From: an uncultured Spirochaetota bacterium
GTDB lineage: Bacteria; Spirochaetota; Spirochaetia; SZUA-6; Fen-1364
Reading direction: 5' to 3'
NCBI GenBank assembly: GCA_963781885.1
Contig: CAWAHW010000004.1
Coordinates: 448,001 to 512,000 of the forward strand
Length of the DNA stretch: 64,000 nt
Shown here: positions 1 to 11,137 of the stretch, piece by piece
Layout of the letters: every line of letters begins with the position of its first letter
Position numbering within the stretch: position 1 is the first letter of the stretch
Made by a program: the position numbers and the translations under genes
The notes under the pieces: model-generated
What the model saw: only the letters and a program-made list of their open reading frames with translations
What the model was told of the DNA's origin: nothing
The model's database searches: none

Positions 1-187
1 GGGCCAGGGCGACGTGTACTACACCATGGTGAAGTACCTGCGGCGCGCCAAGGGCGCGAAGAAGGGCACGGTCCTTCCGACGCAGGAGAAGAATCTCCAC
101 GTGAAGATCGACGCCGCACGGATCGAACGCCTGAAATCAGGGGACCTGCCGGAAGCCGAGCCCGGCGACGCGCCGCCGCGGGAATAA
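1..187 (+). CDS. Partial C-terminus of an NFACT/FbpA (RqcH-like) protein
   Basis: Frame 2 reads GQGDVYYTMVKYLRRAKGAKKGTVLPTQEKNLHVKID...*, resembling the NFACT RNA-binding C-terminus; runs off the window edge. Confidence 0.6.
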   Translation, partial: GQGDVYYTMVKYLRRAKGAKKGTVLPTQEKNLHVKIDAARIERLKSGDLPEAEPGDAPPRE

Positions 188-217
188 CGCCGAGGTCCGC
201 GGCGCGCGCCGCGGCCA

Positions 218-1293
<1,076 letters not shown>

Positions 1294-1294
<1 letters not shown>

Positions 1295-1839
1295 CAGAGC
1301 AGGACCGCGGCGGACACCACGGTTGTCCAGACGCCTCCTGAAGCCCCTTCGGCTGTCTGCGTGATGCTCGTGCTGTCGACGATATGGCCGCCCATGCGGT
1401 ACTGTTCCCGCCGCTCGTTGTAGTCCTTGTCCAGGTCGAATGGCACACCCAGGAGCGTCGCGAGCATCGAGGCAGCGAGGTCCTCGGCATAATCGCCCGC
1501 CTCTTTTTCCGTCTGCCCGTACACGTGATGCTCCGAGAGGTAGCCGTACATTTTCTGGTCGGCCGGTATGGCGATGCCGATGGACGACGCGATGCGCCGG
1601 CCCGGCTCATTCGTCGCCATTTCCGCCAGCACGACGAATGTCACCTCGCCCGCCTCCAGCGCCGCCAGGCCCTCCTCGGGGCTCGCGATCTTGCAACCGG
1701 GCGGAAAGATGGAGGAGACGCGGACGATGTTCAGGTGCGCGATGCCGGCATTCCGCAGCGCCATTTCGAAGCTGTTGAGCTTTTCTTTATTGATTCCCAC
1801 CCCTCGGGTCAGGAATAACTTGCGGGGAACGAATCTCAC
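1294..1839 (-). CDS. pdaD: Pyruvoyl-dependent arginine decarboxylase
   Basis: SFEMALRNAGIAHLNIVRVSSIFPP (Ser-Ser autocleavage site), GYLSEHH; GTG start with AGGAG SD. Confidence 0.9.
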
Positions 1840-1857
1840 CTCTTTGCTCTCCTTTCC

Positions 1858-1883
1858 CGGCCGCGGTATTCCCGCGGCATTTG
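1858..1883. repeat. Short-form copy of dispersed hairpin element
   Basis: CGGCCGCGG-TATTC-CCGCGGCATTTG; ends match the 40-bp unit (CGGCCAC...GTGGCATTCG). Confidence 0.55.
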
Positions 1884-1923
1884 CCGCACGAGAGATGGAA
1901 GGCGGCGCCGCGGCGCCTCATCG

Positions 1924-1952
1924 ACCATAGGGTGAAGGCCGACGAAAGTCAA
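1924..1952 (-). promoter_or_regulatory. Sigma70-type promoter for pdaD operon
   Basis: TTGACT-N17-TATGGT on minus strand. Confidence 0.6.
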
Positions 1953-2061
1953 TAATACTGTTGCGCGGAGCATTCGTGGAGTCACAATCCGTCTGCCACA
2001 GAAAACCGTCGCAACGCCGACCTTGCAAACGCACCGGCATTCCACGATACTTTTTGGTGGT

Positions 2062-2904
2062 ATGAGCGCTACACCGCTCAGGGCGACCATCCGCCCCCCG
2101 CTTGTCGACGGTCTGTTCTATCCGGCGCGACGGGATGCTCTTGCCGCCCAGATCGACGATCTGCTTGCACATTCTCCCGTTGCCCGCGCGGCGCGTTTTG
2201 CCGTCATTTCGCCGCACGCCGGATACGAGCACGCCGGCGCCGTCATGGCCGCAGCTTTCCGCAGCATCTCGGAACGCCCCGTGCGGCGGGCCGTCCTCAT
2301 CGGCCCGGTACATCGGGACCCGGTGGAAGGCATTTTTCTGCCCGAGTCTGACGCTTTCAGCACCCCGCTGGGGCAGACACCCGTGGATACGAAGGCAGTC
2401 GATGCGCTCCTCTCCTGCGGCCCCCTTTTCCGCCGCGACGACATTCCGCACCTGGAAGAGCATTGCCTGGAGCTGCAGATTCCCTTTCTTGCGCGTCTTT
2501 TCCCCGACGTCCCGATCGTGCCGATGCTGGTGGGAAGCGGCCGTTACGCCGTGGCCGCCGCGCTCCAGCGCGCCCTTCAATTGACCTTCGCCGACAGCGC
2601 CGCCTATACTGTCTACATCGTCACTGCCAACATATCCTCCTACATGACGGGAAAAGACCCCGACGCGGAGTCCGCGGCGATGGAGGAGCTCCTGCTCCGC
2701 GCAGACGCGAAAGGCGTCGTGGCGGCCGCGGAGCGCCGGCTCGTGAGCGCCTGCGCGCCCGCCGGAATCGCCGCCGTGCTCGCTCTTGCCGGGAGCGGAT
2801 GTCGCGTGGAAATCCTCGCGCGCGCCCGATCGCAGGACCAGGAGGATCCCTCCCGGGTCGTGCACTATGCGGCGGTGGGCATCGACCCCGCCTCCCCTGC
2901 ATGA
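2062..2904 (+). CDS. amrB: AmmeMemoRadiSam system protein B (MEMO1 family)
   Basis: RPP.VDG.FYP, ISPHAGY..AG, LIGPVH, EHCLELQIPFL. Confidence 0.85.
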   Translation: MSATPLRATIRPPLVDGLFYPARRDALAAQIDDLLAHSPVARAARFAVISPHAGYEHAGAVMAAAFRSISERPVRRAVLIGPVHRDPVEGIFLPESDAFSTPLGQTPVDTKAVDALLSCGPLFRRDDIPHLEEHCLELQIPFLARLFPDVPIVPMLVGSGRYAVAAALQRALQLTFADSAAYTVYIVTANISSYMTGKDPDAESAAMEELLLRADAKGVVAAAERRLVSACAPAGIAAVLALAGSGCRVEILARARSQDQEDPSRVVHYAAVGIDPASPA

Positions 2905-3455
2905 GCATGACGCTCAACGAACAGGAAAAGCTCGTCCTCCTCCAGACCGCACGTGAAGCGATTGCCGCGCGCCTTGCCAAAAGGGCGCCGGTCTTCCCGC
3001 CGGCCCGGGGCATTCTGCGGGAGCCGCGGGGGGCATTCGTGACGCTGAAGGCGCGCGGAGAGCTCCGTGGGTGCATCGGGCACATCGGAGCCACCGCACC
3101 GCTCGTGGAGACCGTGAGGGACGCCGCGCTTGCCAGCGCGTTCGAGGACCCGCGCTTTCCCCCGCTGCGACCCGACGAATGGGATGCCGTGTGCATCGAG
3201 ATATCGGTCCTCTCAGCCTTCGAGCCGATCAGCGACGCGGCACAGATCCGCGTCGGAGAGCACGGCATCATGATCCGCAAGGGCTCGCGTTCCGGGCTCC
3301 TTCTCCCCCAGGTGGCGACCGAGCAGGGATGGGACAAAGCCACCTTTCTCACGCATATTTGTTACAAGGCGGGATTGCCGGGCGACGCGTGGAAGTCGCC
3401 TGACGCGCATCTTTCGGTTTTTTCCGCCGTCGTCTTTCACGAGATGCAGGCCTGA
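2901..3455 (+). CDS. amrA: AmmeMemoRadiSam system protein A (AMMECR1 family)
   Basis: GAFVTLK..GELRGCIG, DPRFPP, IEISVLS, GLLLPQVA.E.GW; ATGA overlap with the upstream gene. Confidence 0.9.
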   Translation: MSMTLNEQEKLVLLQTAREAIAARLAKRAPVFPPARGILREPRGAFVTLKARGELRGCIGHIGATAPLVETVRDAALASAFEDPRFPPLRPDEWDAVCIEISVLSAFEPISDAAQIRVGEHGIMIRKGSRSGLLLPQVATEQGWDKATFLTHICYKAGLPGDAWKSPDAHLSVFSAVVFHEMQA

Positions 3456-3467
3456 GGGATCGCGAAT

Positions 3468-4895
3468 ATGGAGCTCATGGACAAGGGGATCCGACATCTG
3501 GCGGTCGCCGTCGGCCCTGCGGCGCAGGGCACGGCCCTCACACGCATCCTTGCGCTGAAGACCTCCCCGGGATGGATCGTGCGTCAGAACGACGTGGAGG
3601 AATGGCGCTATGAAGGGGTGCGGGAGCAGGACGGCACGCTCTACCTCTATGGGCCGCACGTCTCCGGCATCCCCCTTTCCGACATATTCACGGCGCAGCT
3701 CGCAGGCGCCCTGCCCTCCCTTGCACGGCTTGCCCCGGCGCTGTCCCTCCTTGCAGAGAAGGGCAAGGGATGGTACGCGCTGGAGGCGGATGCCGTGCTT
3801 TTCACAGAGGAGGCGGTCCTTTTCCTTCCGCCCGCGATCCATCGCGAGATCCGGGACATGCGCACCTTTGAAAGCAACCGCGATGCATTCGAATGCATCA
3901 ACCATCCCGACATGAAGGGGGAGGCGCAAGCCTCCTTCGGCATCGCGGCGATCCTCTACCGCGTGATCGTCGGGCATTTTCCCTTCACCGGGCCGACGTC
4001 TGAAGAGATCCATGAGCAGGCGCGGAAGCTCGCCGTCACCCCGCCGGCCAGCCAGGTCCCGGGCTTGGCCGCCGAGGTATCGGAGCTCATTCTGGCGGGC
4101 CTCGGTCGGGGTCGACGCGGAACCGTGACGCTTGCCGAATGGGCGACGAAGCTCGTGGAATGGCAGTCGCGGGAGATCTTCCGACCCCTTTCCGCGGAGG
4201 AGAACGCGCGGGCGCTCGATGAGGCCCAGGCCCGGGAGATCGGCTCGACAAAAAGCTTCCGCCGACGGATGTTCTGGGAGAAGAACTGGAAGCTCGCGGC
4301 GGTGGTGGCCGCGGGCGTCATCATCGTGGGCGCGGTCCTGGGAAGCATCCTGAGCCACGCGCTCGCCCCCCGGGTCACGCACGGATTCACGCCCCGCCAG
4401 GTCGTGAACGGCTTCTATTCTGGCATGAACTCGCTGGACCAGACCTTGATGGACGCCTGCGTCACCGGGAAGGCCGGGCAGGCCGAGATCAATGAGACGA
4501 CCACGCTCTACGTCACCTCGCGCGTGACACAGGGCTACGAAGGCAAGTCGAATATCGTGTCCGCGGCGGAATGGGACAGAGCCGGCAGACCCGCGCTCAC
4601 GAGCCCTCAGACGGTCTTCGGCGTGACCGGCCTTTCCATGACCCAGGAGCAGGACGAGCCCCACCCCGTCTTCCTGGTGAAATACGACATGTGGAACCCT
4701 GCCAGCCCCCCCGATACCGGCAAAGCGCCCTCCCTGGAGGCCGCTCCGGCCTCCGAAGGACACCACGTCGTCGACAGGGTATCCCTGAAGCTCACCGGGG
4801 GCGACTGGTTGATCGACAAAATCGACCGGCTTTCTTCAGATCTTCTGCCCCCCCCGCAAGCTCTCGCCGCTCCGCCATCGCCACCGGCCCGGTAG
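3468..4895 (+). CDS. Hypothetical single-pass membrane protein with degenerate kinase C-lobe-like segment
   Basis: 475-aa ORF; FGIAAILYRVIVGHFPF resembles Ser/Thr kinase subdomain IX; TM helix LAAVVAAGVIIVGAVLGSIL. Confidence 0.65.
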   Translation: MELMDKGIRHLAVAVGPAAQGTALTRILALKTSPGWIVRQNDVEEWRYEGVREQDGTLYLYGPHVSGIPLSDIFTAQLAGALPSLARLAPALSLLAEKGKGWYALEADAVLFTEEAVLFLPPAIHREIRDMRTFESNRDAFECINHPDMKGEAQASFGIAAILYRVIVGHFPFTGPTSEEIHEQARKLAVTPPASQVPGLAAEVSELILAGLGRGRRGTVTLAEWATKLVEWQSREIFRPLSAEENARALDEAQAREIGSTKSFRRRMFWEKNWKLAAVVAAGVIIVGAVLGSILSHALAPRVTHGFTPRQVVNGFYSGMNSLDQTLMDACVTGKAGQAEINETTTLYVTSRVTQGYEGKSNIVSAAEWDRAGRPALTSPQTVFGVTGLSMTQEQDEPHPVFLVKYDMWNPASPPDTGKAPSLEAAPASEGHHVVDRVSLKLTGGDWLIDKIDRLSSDLLPPPQALAAPPSPPAR

Positions 4896-5051
4896 CGGCG
4901 GCGGGGTCGACGGCGCCACCGCGCGGCACGACGGGAGGAAACGTCTCCCGATGGCAGGCCGCGTCGGTCCCCTTGCACAAAAGCCGCGCATCCGTGCGCT
5001 ACCGCGCTTTCCTCTTCGGCACCGCAGGGATATACTTGTCGCCGAGGGGAT

Positions 5052-6554
5052 ATGAAAAAATATCTAGGCGACATCCTGATCGAAAAAGGCTATCTCAGCA
5101 GCAAAGATCTCGGCAGGGCCCTGACGTACCAGATGCGCCAGGTATTCGGGGACGAGCCGCTGAGCAGCGCCACTGATTTCATCCTCGACGTGGCCCGCAC
5201 GAAATACAACAATCGCGACAGGTTCTACCTTGGAAAGATCCTCACGCAGCTGAAGCTCCTGCCGGAGAACAGGCTCCAGGAAGCCCTGGAAATCCAGAAG
5301 GCCGCCCCCCTCGATACCACCCCCTTGAGCAAGCTGGATGCGCTCAACCGCATCATCGTGCGGATGAACTCCTCCTACAATCTCATCGACCTGCTCAACC
5401 AGGTGCTCGTGCTCGCCGCGCAGCTCGTGGACGCGGAGAGCGCCAGTCTCACGATCCACGATCACGGGCGGGACACGCTGGTGATCGTCATGCCCACCGG
5501 TCCCGGCGCGGAGGCCGTGCGCGACCGTGAGGTGCCGAAGGACAAAGGCATCGTCGGCTGGGTGTTCGAAAACGGCAGGCCCGTGATCTGCAACGACACG
5601 TCCGCCGACGCGCGCTTCTACGCCGCCATCGATGCAGCGAGCGGCTACACGAGCCGGCAGATCCTCTGCGTGCCGCTCACGGTCCGCGACCGGAGACTCG
5701 GCGCCGTCGAGGCGATCAACAAGAACGGGCGGACGGGCCAGGCAGCGCGCGGCTTTTCGGAGGCCGACCAGTTCCTGCTGGAGATGTTCAGCGCACAGGC
5801 CGCCATCGCCATCGAGAACACGCGGCTGGCCATCGCCCTTGCCCAGGCGCAGGATGACCTTGCCGTGCGCGCCACCGCGGTGCCGGAGGCGCAGAAAGCC
5901 CACGCCGGATCGCTCGTCGCCGATTCCTTCCTCCACGAGATGGAGAAGTCGCTCATCCCGCTCAAGGGCTACGCGGCGCGGCTGGGCGAGGTGTCGGAAG
6001 ACGAGCGGGTGCTGAAGTACCAGTCCTACGTGGATCGGGAAATCGGAAAGCTGATCGCGCACGGCCAGGACGTGACCCGCTATCTCACGAACACCTTTGC
6101 ACCCGTCATCCGACCCATGGACCTCCGCGAGATTCTCAAGGAGCTCGAATCCCGTGTCTGGGTGGACTGCCGCACCTCCGGCATCGCCTTCACACTGGAA
6201 ATGAAGGGAGAGTGCACGGTTCCCGCCGATGAGGAGCTCCTCCTCGCGGTCATGGAAAACATTTTCCGCAACGCGCGCGACGCGATGCCCGCGGGCGGAA
6301 CCTTCGCCGTCTCCGTCCTGCCGGCGGACAAGGGCAAGGTGACGATCGCCTTTGCCGACACGGGAGCGGGCATCACCGCGGACCCGGTGAGACGCATCTT
6401 CGAGCCTTTCTACACGAGCGGCAAGCCGCACGGCGCCGGGCTCGGGCTGGCCATTGCGCGAAAAATCGTGGACCTGCACGGCGGCACCCTGACCGCGGCG
6501 AACCGCAAGAGTGCGTCGGGGGCGATTTTCAGGATCACGCTCCCCGTGTCGTGA
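5052..6554 (+). CDS. GAF-domain sensor histidine kinase with two N-terminal MshEN-like motifs
   Basis: LGDILIEKGYL...L.RAL.YQ and LGKILTQLKLL...LQEALE.Q; GAF (KGIVGWV...DARFY..ID..SGY); H-box FLHE; N box, DTG.GI, FEPFYT, GAGLGL. Confidence 0.85.
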   Translation: MKKYLGDILIEKGYLSSKDLGRALTYQMRQVFGDEPLSSATDFILDVARTKYNNRDRFYLGKILTQLKLLPENRLQEALEIQKAAPLDTTPLSKLDALNRIIVRMNSSYNLIDLLNQVLVLAAQLVDAESASLTIHDHGRDTLVIVMPTGPGAEAVRDREVPKDKGIVGWVFENGRPVICNDTSADARFYAAIDAASGYTSRQILCVPLTVRDRRLGAVEAINKNGRTGQAARGFSEADQFLLEMFSAQAAIAIENTRLAIALAQAQDDLAVRATAVPEAQKAHAGSLVADSFLHEMEKSLIPLKGYAARLGEVSEDERVLKYQSYVDREIGKLIAHGQDVTRYLTNTFAPVIRPMDLREILKELESRVWVDCRTSGIAFTLEMKGECTVPADEELLLAVMENIFRNARDAMPAGGTFAVSVLPADKGKVTIAFADTGAGITADPVRRIFEPFYTSGKPHGAGLGLAIARKIVDLHGGTLTAANRKSASGAIFRITLPVS

Positions 6555-7477
6555 GGAGCGCGTCGATCTCCGCGACGCTCGGCATGGAATGCTGCGCGCC
6601 TCGACGCGTCGTGGAAAGGGCGGCCGCGGCAGAGGCCCTGCGCAGCGACTCCCTCACCGGGCAGGCCGGCCGCCAGCGACGCGGCGAGCACGCCGCAGTA
6701 GCAGTCCCCCGCCCCCACCGTATCGACCGCTTCCACCGGAAAGGGCGCGATGGGAAAGACCCCATCCGCCGACACCCACAGGCTTCCCTTGCCGCCCAAC
6801 GTCACGATGACATTCCCGACGCCCCAGCCCAGGGGCAGTCGCGCAAGCCGGGCGAGCTGCCCGCCTTCGGGGTCCGGCGGTGCCTGCTCATCCACCAGCG
6901 CCGAAAGCTCGTTGCGATTGCAGATGAGAAAGCGCACGGCGCGCAGCACGTCGGCATCGGGGCGCCTGCTCACGGTCGGTGCGAGGTTCCACAGCACGCA
7001 ATGCCCTGCCGCATCCGCGCGGCGGATCAGGGTTTCGGTCGTCTCCTGCGGCACTTCGTTCTGGAAAAGCGCGATGCAGGTCTCCCCCGACGCCGCCCGC
7101 GGGAGGCTCACATTGTCGGCGCTGAACAGGTTGTTTGCCCCCGGGGCGACCGCAATGGTATTCTCACCCACCGTATCCACGGTGATCTGCGCGATGCCGG
7201 ACGCGGCCTCTGCAACGATGCGCACGCCACCGGTGAAAACGCCCGTCCTTTCGAGGCTCGCAATACGCTCCCGGCCGAATGCATCATCGCCCAGGCAACC
7301 GTAGAGCTGCACCACGGCGCCCGCCCGGGCGGCGGCCACGGCCTGGTTCGCCCCTTTGCCTCCGGGATAAGCGCCGAAGGTGCCGCCGCCGACCGTCTCC
7401 CCCGGGAGGGGAAGGCGCGTCACGTACACGACGAGATCCGTATTGATGCTGCCAAAGACAAAAACCCTTGCGGGCAT
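6535..7477 (-). CDS. rbsK: Ribokinase (PfkB family), with an apparent 1-nt insertion near 6660
   Basis: GSINTDL, PGGKGANQAVAAAR, VDTVGAGD; normal C-terminus (ASAAAALSTTRRGAQHSMP) is in another frame. Confidence 0.85.
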
Positions 7478-7485
7478 GGTCGTTG

Positions 7486-7515
7486 AGTGTAAAGGTGGGC
7501 CGGGGAGGGTGTCAA
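7486..7515 (-). promoter_or_regulatory. Promoter of rbsK (near-leaderless)
   Basis: TTGACA-N18-TACACT-N8-ATG, no SD. Confidence 0.6.
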
Positions 7516-7562
7516 TTCAACGCGAGACTCTCATGAAACGTGGGCCGGGTTCCACACGTGAA

Positions 7563-7591
7563 TTGAACAGTGCTGTTCCATTTGCTATGAT
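7563..7591 (+). promoter_or_regulatory. Promoter of valS (near-leaderless)
   Basis: TTGAAC-N17-TATGAT (TGn-extended)-N9-ATG, no SD. Confidence 0.65.
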
Positions 7592-7600
7592 CCGTCCCAC

Positions 7601-10273
7601 ATGAAAGCGATTGAGTTGAGCAAGGCCTTCGATCCGAAGAGCTACGAGGACCGCGTGTATGCCGCCTGGCTTTCCCAGGACCTCTTTGCCCCCGCCGCGG
7701 TTCCGCGGGATGGCGCGCAGAAGTTCGTGATCGTCATCCCGCCCCCCAACGTGACGGGCGTCCTCCACATGGGTCACGGCCTGAACAACTCCCTGCAAGA
7801 CATCGTCATCCGCTACCACCGCATGATCGGCAACGACACGCTCTGGGTGCCCGGGTGCGACCACGCGGGCATCGCCACGCAGCACGTCGTGGAGAAGGAG
7901 CTGAAGAAGCGCGGCACGAGCCGCACGCAGATCGGCCGTGAAAAGTTCATCGAAGAAACCTGGAAAGTCACCCACCGGCACCACGACATCATCGTCCGCC
8001 AGTTGAAGAGGCTCGGTTCCTCCTGCGACTGGGGGCGGGAGCGCTTCACCTTCGACGAAGGGCTTTCCCGCGCCGTGCGGGAGGTTTTCGTTTCCCTCTA
8101 TGAAAAGGGGCTGATCTACCGCGGGAACTACCTCGTGAACTGGTGCCCGTCGTGCCGCACCGCGATCTCCGACGACGAGGTGGAGCATACCGAGACGCGC
8201 GGGAAGCTCTATCACTACCGTTACCCGCTCGCGGACGGCTCGGGCTTCGTGACCGTCGCCACGACGCGGCCGGAAACCATGCTCGGCGACACCGCAGTGG
8301 CCGTGCATCCCGAGGACCCGCGCTATGCCGGCCTCGTGGGAAAAATGGTCGCGCTCCCCCTCACGGAACGGCAGATCCCGATCATTGCGGATGCGCAGAT
8401 CGACCGTGAGTTCGGCACGGGCGCCGTGAAGGTCACACCCGCGCACGACCCGGTGGACAACGAGATCGGCCGCCGGCACAAACTGGCGCAGATCAACATC
8501 CTCACGCCCGACGGCACCATGAACGACAACGTGCCGCAGAAATACCGGGGGCTGTCCGTGGCCAAGGCGCGCGCGGCGGTCATAGCGGACATCACCGCCG
8601 CGGGACTCTTCATCAAGGAAGAGGATCATTCCCACCAGGTGGGGCACTGCTACCGCTGCAATACCATCATCGAGCCATTCCTCTCGGACCAGTGGTTCGT
8701 GAAGATGCGGCCGCTCGCGGACAAGGCCCTGAAGGCATGGGAGGACGGAAAGATACGCTTCTATCCCCAGCGCTGGGAGAACACCTATTCGAGCTGGCTG
8801 CGGAATATCCGCGACTGGTGCATCTCGCGCCAGCTCTGGTGGGGCCACCGCATCCCCGTCTGGTACTGCGCCGACTGCGGCGAGATGACCGTGAGCCGGG
8901 AGGACCCCACGGTGTGCGCGAAATGCGGCAGCGCCAAGATCGAGCAGGACCCCGACGTGCTGGACACGTGGTTCTCCTCCGGCCTCTGGCCCTTTTCCAC
9001 GCTGGGCTGGCCGGAAAAGACGGCTGACCTCGCGCGGTTCTATCCCACGACCACCCTCATCACCGCGTACGAGATCATCTTCTTCTGGGTGGCCCGCATG
9101 ATCATGATGGGCCTGGAGTTCATGGGCGAGGTGCCCTTCCGCGACATCTACATCACCGGTCTCGTGCGCGACAAGCAGGGCCGCAAGATGTCCAAGAGCC
9201 TCGGCAACGGGGTGGACCCGCTGGACATCATCGACGAATACGGAGCCGACGCGCTGAAGTTCACCATGGCGTTCCTCGCCGCGCAGGGGCAGGACGTGCT
9301 GTTCGACAAGGAGGCGATGAAGCTCGGCTCGCGTTTCGCGAACAAGATATGGAACGCCTCGCGCTACCTCCTCATGAACCTCGAGGGAAGGACACTCCTG
9401 GATCCCGCGGCCATCGCGCGGACGGACATCGACCGCTGGCTGGGCCATCGCCTGAACGCCGCTGCCGGCGTGGCGCGCGCCGCCCTGGAAGGCTACCGGT
9501 TCAACGAGGCCGCGCAGGCCGTTTATGAGTTCATCTGGAGCGATTTTTGCGACTGGTACATCGAGGCGGCAAAGCTCTCCCTCAACGCGGATGACGCGGA
9601 GAAAGACCGGATCGTCACGCTCCTGCTCTCCTTCCTGGGAGAGTCGCTGAAGCTCGCTCATCCCTTCCTTCCCCTGATCACGGAAGAGATATTCCAGAAG
9701 CTCCCCGCCCGCACGGAGCGGGCGGCAGACAAGCCCGCGTCCATCATGGTCCAGCCCTACCCCGTCGTGGACCCGCTGCGCAACGACCCTGCGGCGGCCG
9801 CCCGGTTCGCCACCCTGCAGGATCTCGTGCGCGCCGTGCGGACGATCCGGGCGGAGTTCACCGTGCCGCCCGACCGGCGCATCGACGTGACGGTTGTCAC
9901 GGAGCCAGGCGCAGCGGCGAAGACGATCTTCGAGGGAGGCGCCGCGCTCATCGCGCACCTGGCGGGAACGCGCACCCTGCTTTTCCAGGAGCAGCGGCCG
10001 ACGGCTCCGGGGGCCCTGTCGGCGGCGGGCAAGGGGTTCGAGGCGTTCGTGTTCATCCGGGAAGCCATCGACGCGGAGAAGGAATCCGCCCGGCTCACGC
10101 GGGACAAGGAGAAGGCTGCCGGCGACATCCGCCGCATCAAGGAGAAGCTGTCCAACGCATCATTCGTCGAGCGGGCGCCGAAGGAGGTCGTCGACCGGGA
10201 GCGGGAGAAGCTGGAGGAGATCGCACGGCTGATCGACAAGATCGACGGCTACCTCCGCATGCTGGGGAATTGA
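7601..10273 (+). CDS. valS: Valine--tRNA ligase
   Basis: PPPNVTG.LHMGH, DHAGIATQ, DWCISRQLWWGH, KMSKS, C-terminal coiled coil. Confidence 0.98.
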   Translation: MKAIELSKAFDPKSYEDRVYAAWLSQDLFAPAAVPRDGAQKFVIVIPPPNVTGVLHMGHGLNNSLQDIVIRYHRMIGNDTLWVPGCDHAGIATQHVVEKELKKRGTSRTQIGREKFIEETWKVTHRHHDIIVRQLKRLGSSCDWGRERFTFDEGLSRAVREVFVSLYEKGLIYRGNYLVNWCPSCRTAISDDEVEHTETRGKLYHYRYPLADGSGFVTVATTRPETMLGDTAVAVHPEDPRYAGLVGKMVALPLTERQIPIIADAQIDREFGTGAVKVTPAHDPVDNEIGRRHKLAQINILTPDGTMNDNVPQKYRGLSVAKARAAVIADITAAGLFIKEEDHSHQVGHCYRCNTIIEPFLSDQWFVKMRPLADKALKAWEDGKIRFYPQRWENTYSSWLRNIRDWCISRQLWWGHRIPVWYCADCGEMTVSREDPTVCAKCGSAKIEQDPDVLDTWFSSGLWPFSTLGWPEKTADLARFYPTTTLITAYEIIFFWVARMIMMGLEFMGEVPFRDIYITGLVRDKQGRKMSKSLGNGVDPLDIIDEYGADALKFTMAFLAAQGQDVLFDKEAMKLGSRFANKIWNASRYLLMNLEGRTLLDPAAIARTDIDRWLGHRLNAAAGVARAALEGYRFNEAAQAVYEFIWSDFCDWYIEAAKLSLNADDAEKDRIVTLLLSFLGESLKLAHPFLPLITEEIFQKLPARTERAADKPASIMVQPYPVVDPLRNDPAAAARFATLQDLVRAVRTIRAEFTVPPDRRIDVTVVTEPGAAAKTIFEGGAALIAHLAGTRTLLFQEQRPTAPGALSAAGKGFEAFVFIREAIDAEKESARLTRDKEKAAGDIRRIKEKLSNASFVERAPKEVVDREREKLEEIARLIDKIDGYLRMLGN

Positions 10274-11109
10274 GCGTCCCGCGCCAGGGCGAGCTCGCGG
10301 CCGGCCTCGCCGCCCTGTACCGCCGGTACAACCGCGCCTCCTTCATCCACCCCGACCCGTTGGAGATCGTCCGCGAGCACGAGGATCCGTGCGACCAGGA
10401 GATCGTGGGGCTGGTCTCCGCGTGCCTCGCGTACGGAAGGGTGGCCCAGATACTGGCGAGCGTCCGCCGCGCGCTCAGCGCGCTTGCCGGGCCGGATCGT
10501 GGCGCCGCCGCCGTCACGCCGCGCGCGACATTGCTCGCCGCATCGGATGCCGTCCTCCGCAGGCGTTTCGCGGGCTTCCGGCATCGCTTCACGACGGGCG
10601 ACGAAATGGCCGCGCTCCTCATCGGCATGCGCCGGGCGATCCGCGCGCACGGCAGCCTGGAGGCGCTCTTTCGGGCCGGCATCGCGCCGGACGACGGCAC
10701 GACCGTGCCCGCGCTCTCACGATTCGTGTCGCTGCTGAGGGGCTACGCGGGCGGCGCGGATGCCTGCGCAAGTCTCCTCTCCTCCCCCGGGGACGGCAGC
10801 GCGTGCAAACGGCTGAACCTGTATCTCCGCTGGATGGTGCGCCGCGACGCGGTGGATCCCGGTCCCTGGACGACGGTCTCGCGGTCCCTGCTCGTGGTTC
10901 CGCTGGATACGCACATGTTCCGTCTTGCCCGCGCGCTCGGACTGACCCGGCGCAAGCAGCCGAATCTGATAACGGCGTTGGAGGTCACCGCCGGGTTCGC
11001 GGTCGTGAGCCCCCGGGACCCCGTGCGCTACGATTTCGCCCTCACGCGCCTGGGCATCAACCCCGCCTGCACGGACGACGACATCCGCCGCCTCCTCGCG
11101 CGCGGGTGA
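10270..11109 (+). CDS. TIGR02757/DUF2400 family protein
   Basis: HPDPL, SACKRLNLYLRWMVR.D.VD.G.W, PLDTH, DP.RYDFAL; TTGA overlap with valS. Confidence 0.85.
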   Translation: MSVPRQGELAAGLAALYRRYNRASFIHPDPLEIVREHEDPCDQEIVGLVSACLAYGRVAQILASVRRALSALAGPDRGAAAVTPRATLLAASDAVLRRRFAGFRHRFTTGDEMAALLIGMRRAIRAHGSLEALFRAGIAPDDGTTVPALSRFVSLLRGYAGGADACASLLSSPGDGSACKRLNLYLRWMVRRDAVDPGPWTTVSRSLLVVPLDTHMFRLARALGLTRRKQPNLITALEVTAGFAVVSPRDPVRYDFALTRLGINPACTDDDIRRLLARG

Positions 11110-11137
11110 ACGTCCGCGCCGACTCCTCCCGGGGGGC

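Noticed and set aside
1840-1923. Guanidine riboswitch in the pdaD leader
   Set aside because: Hairpins lack ACGR loops or ykkC consensus; one is a copy of the dispersed element
7478-7600. T-box leader upstream of valS (and of metG)
   Set aside because: No T-box consensus; promoters sit within ~10 nt of the start codons
7517-9958. Long antisense ORFs (7517..9958-, 19342..21408-, 38637..40646+, 55133..57556+ and similar)
   Set aside because: Shadow frames of GC-rich genes, with no motifs or translation signals
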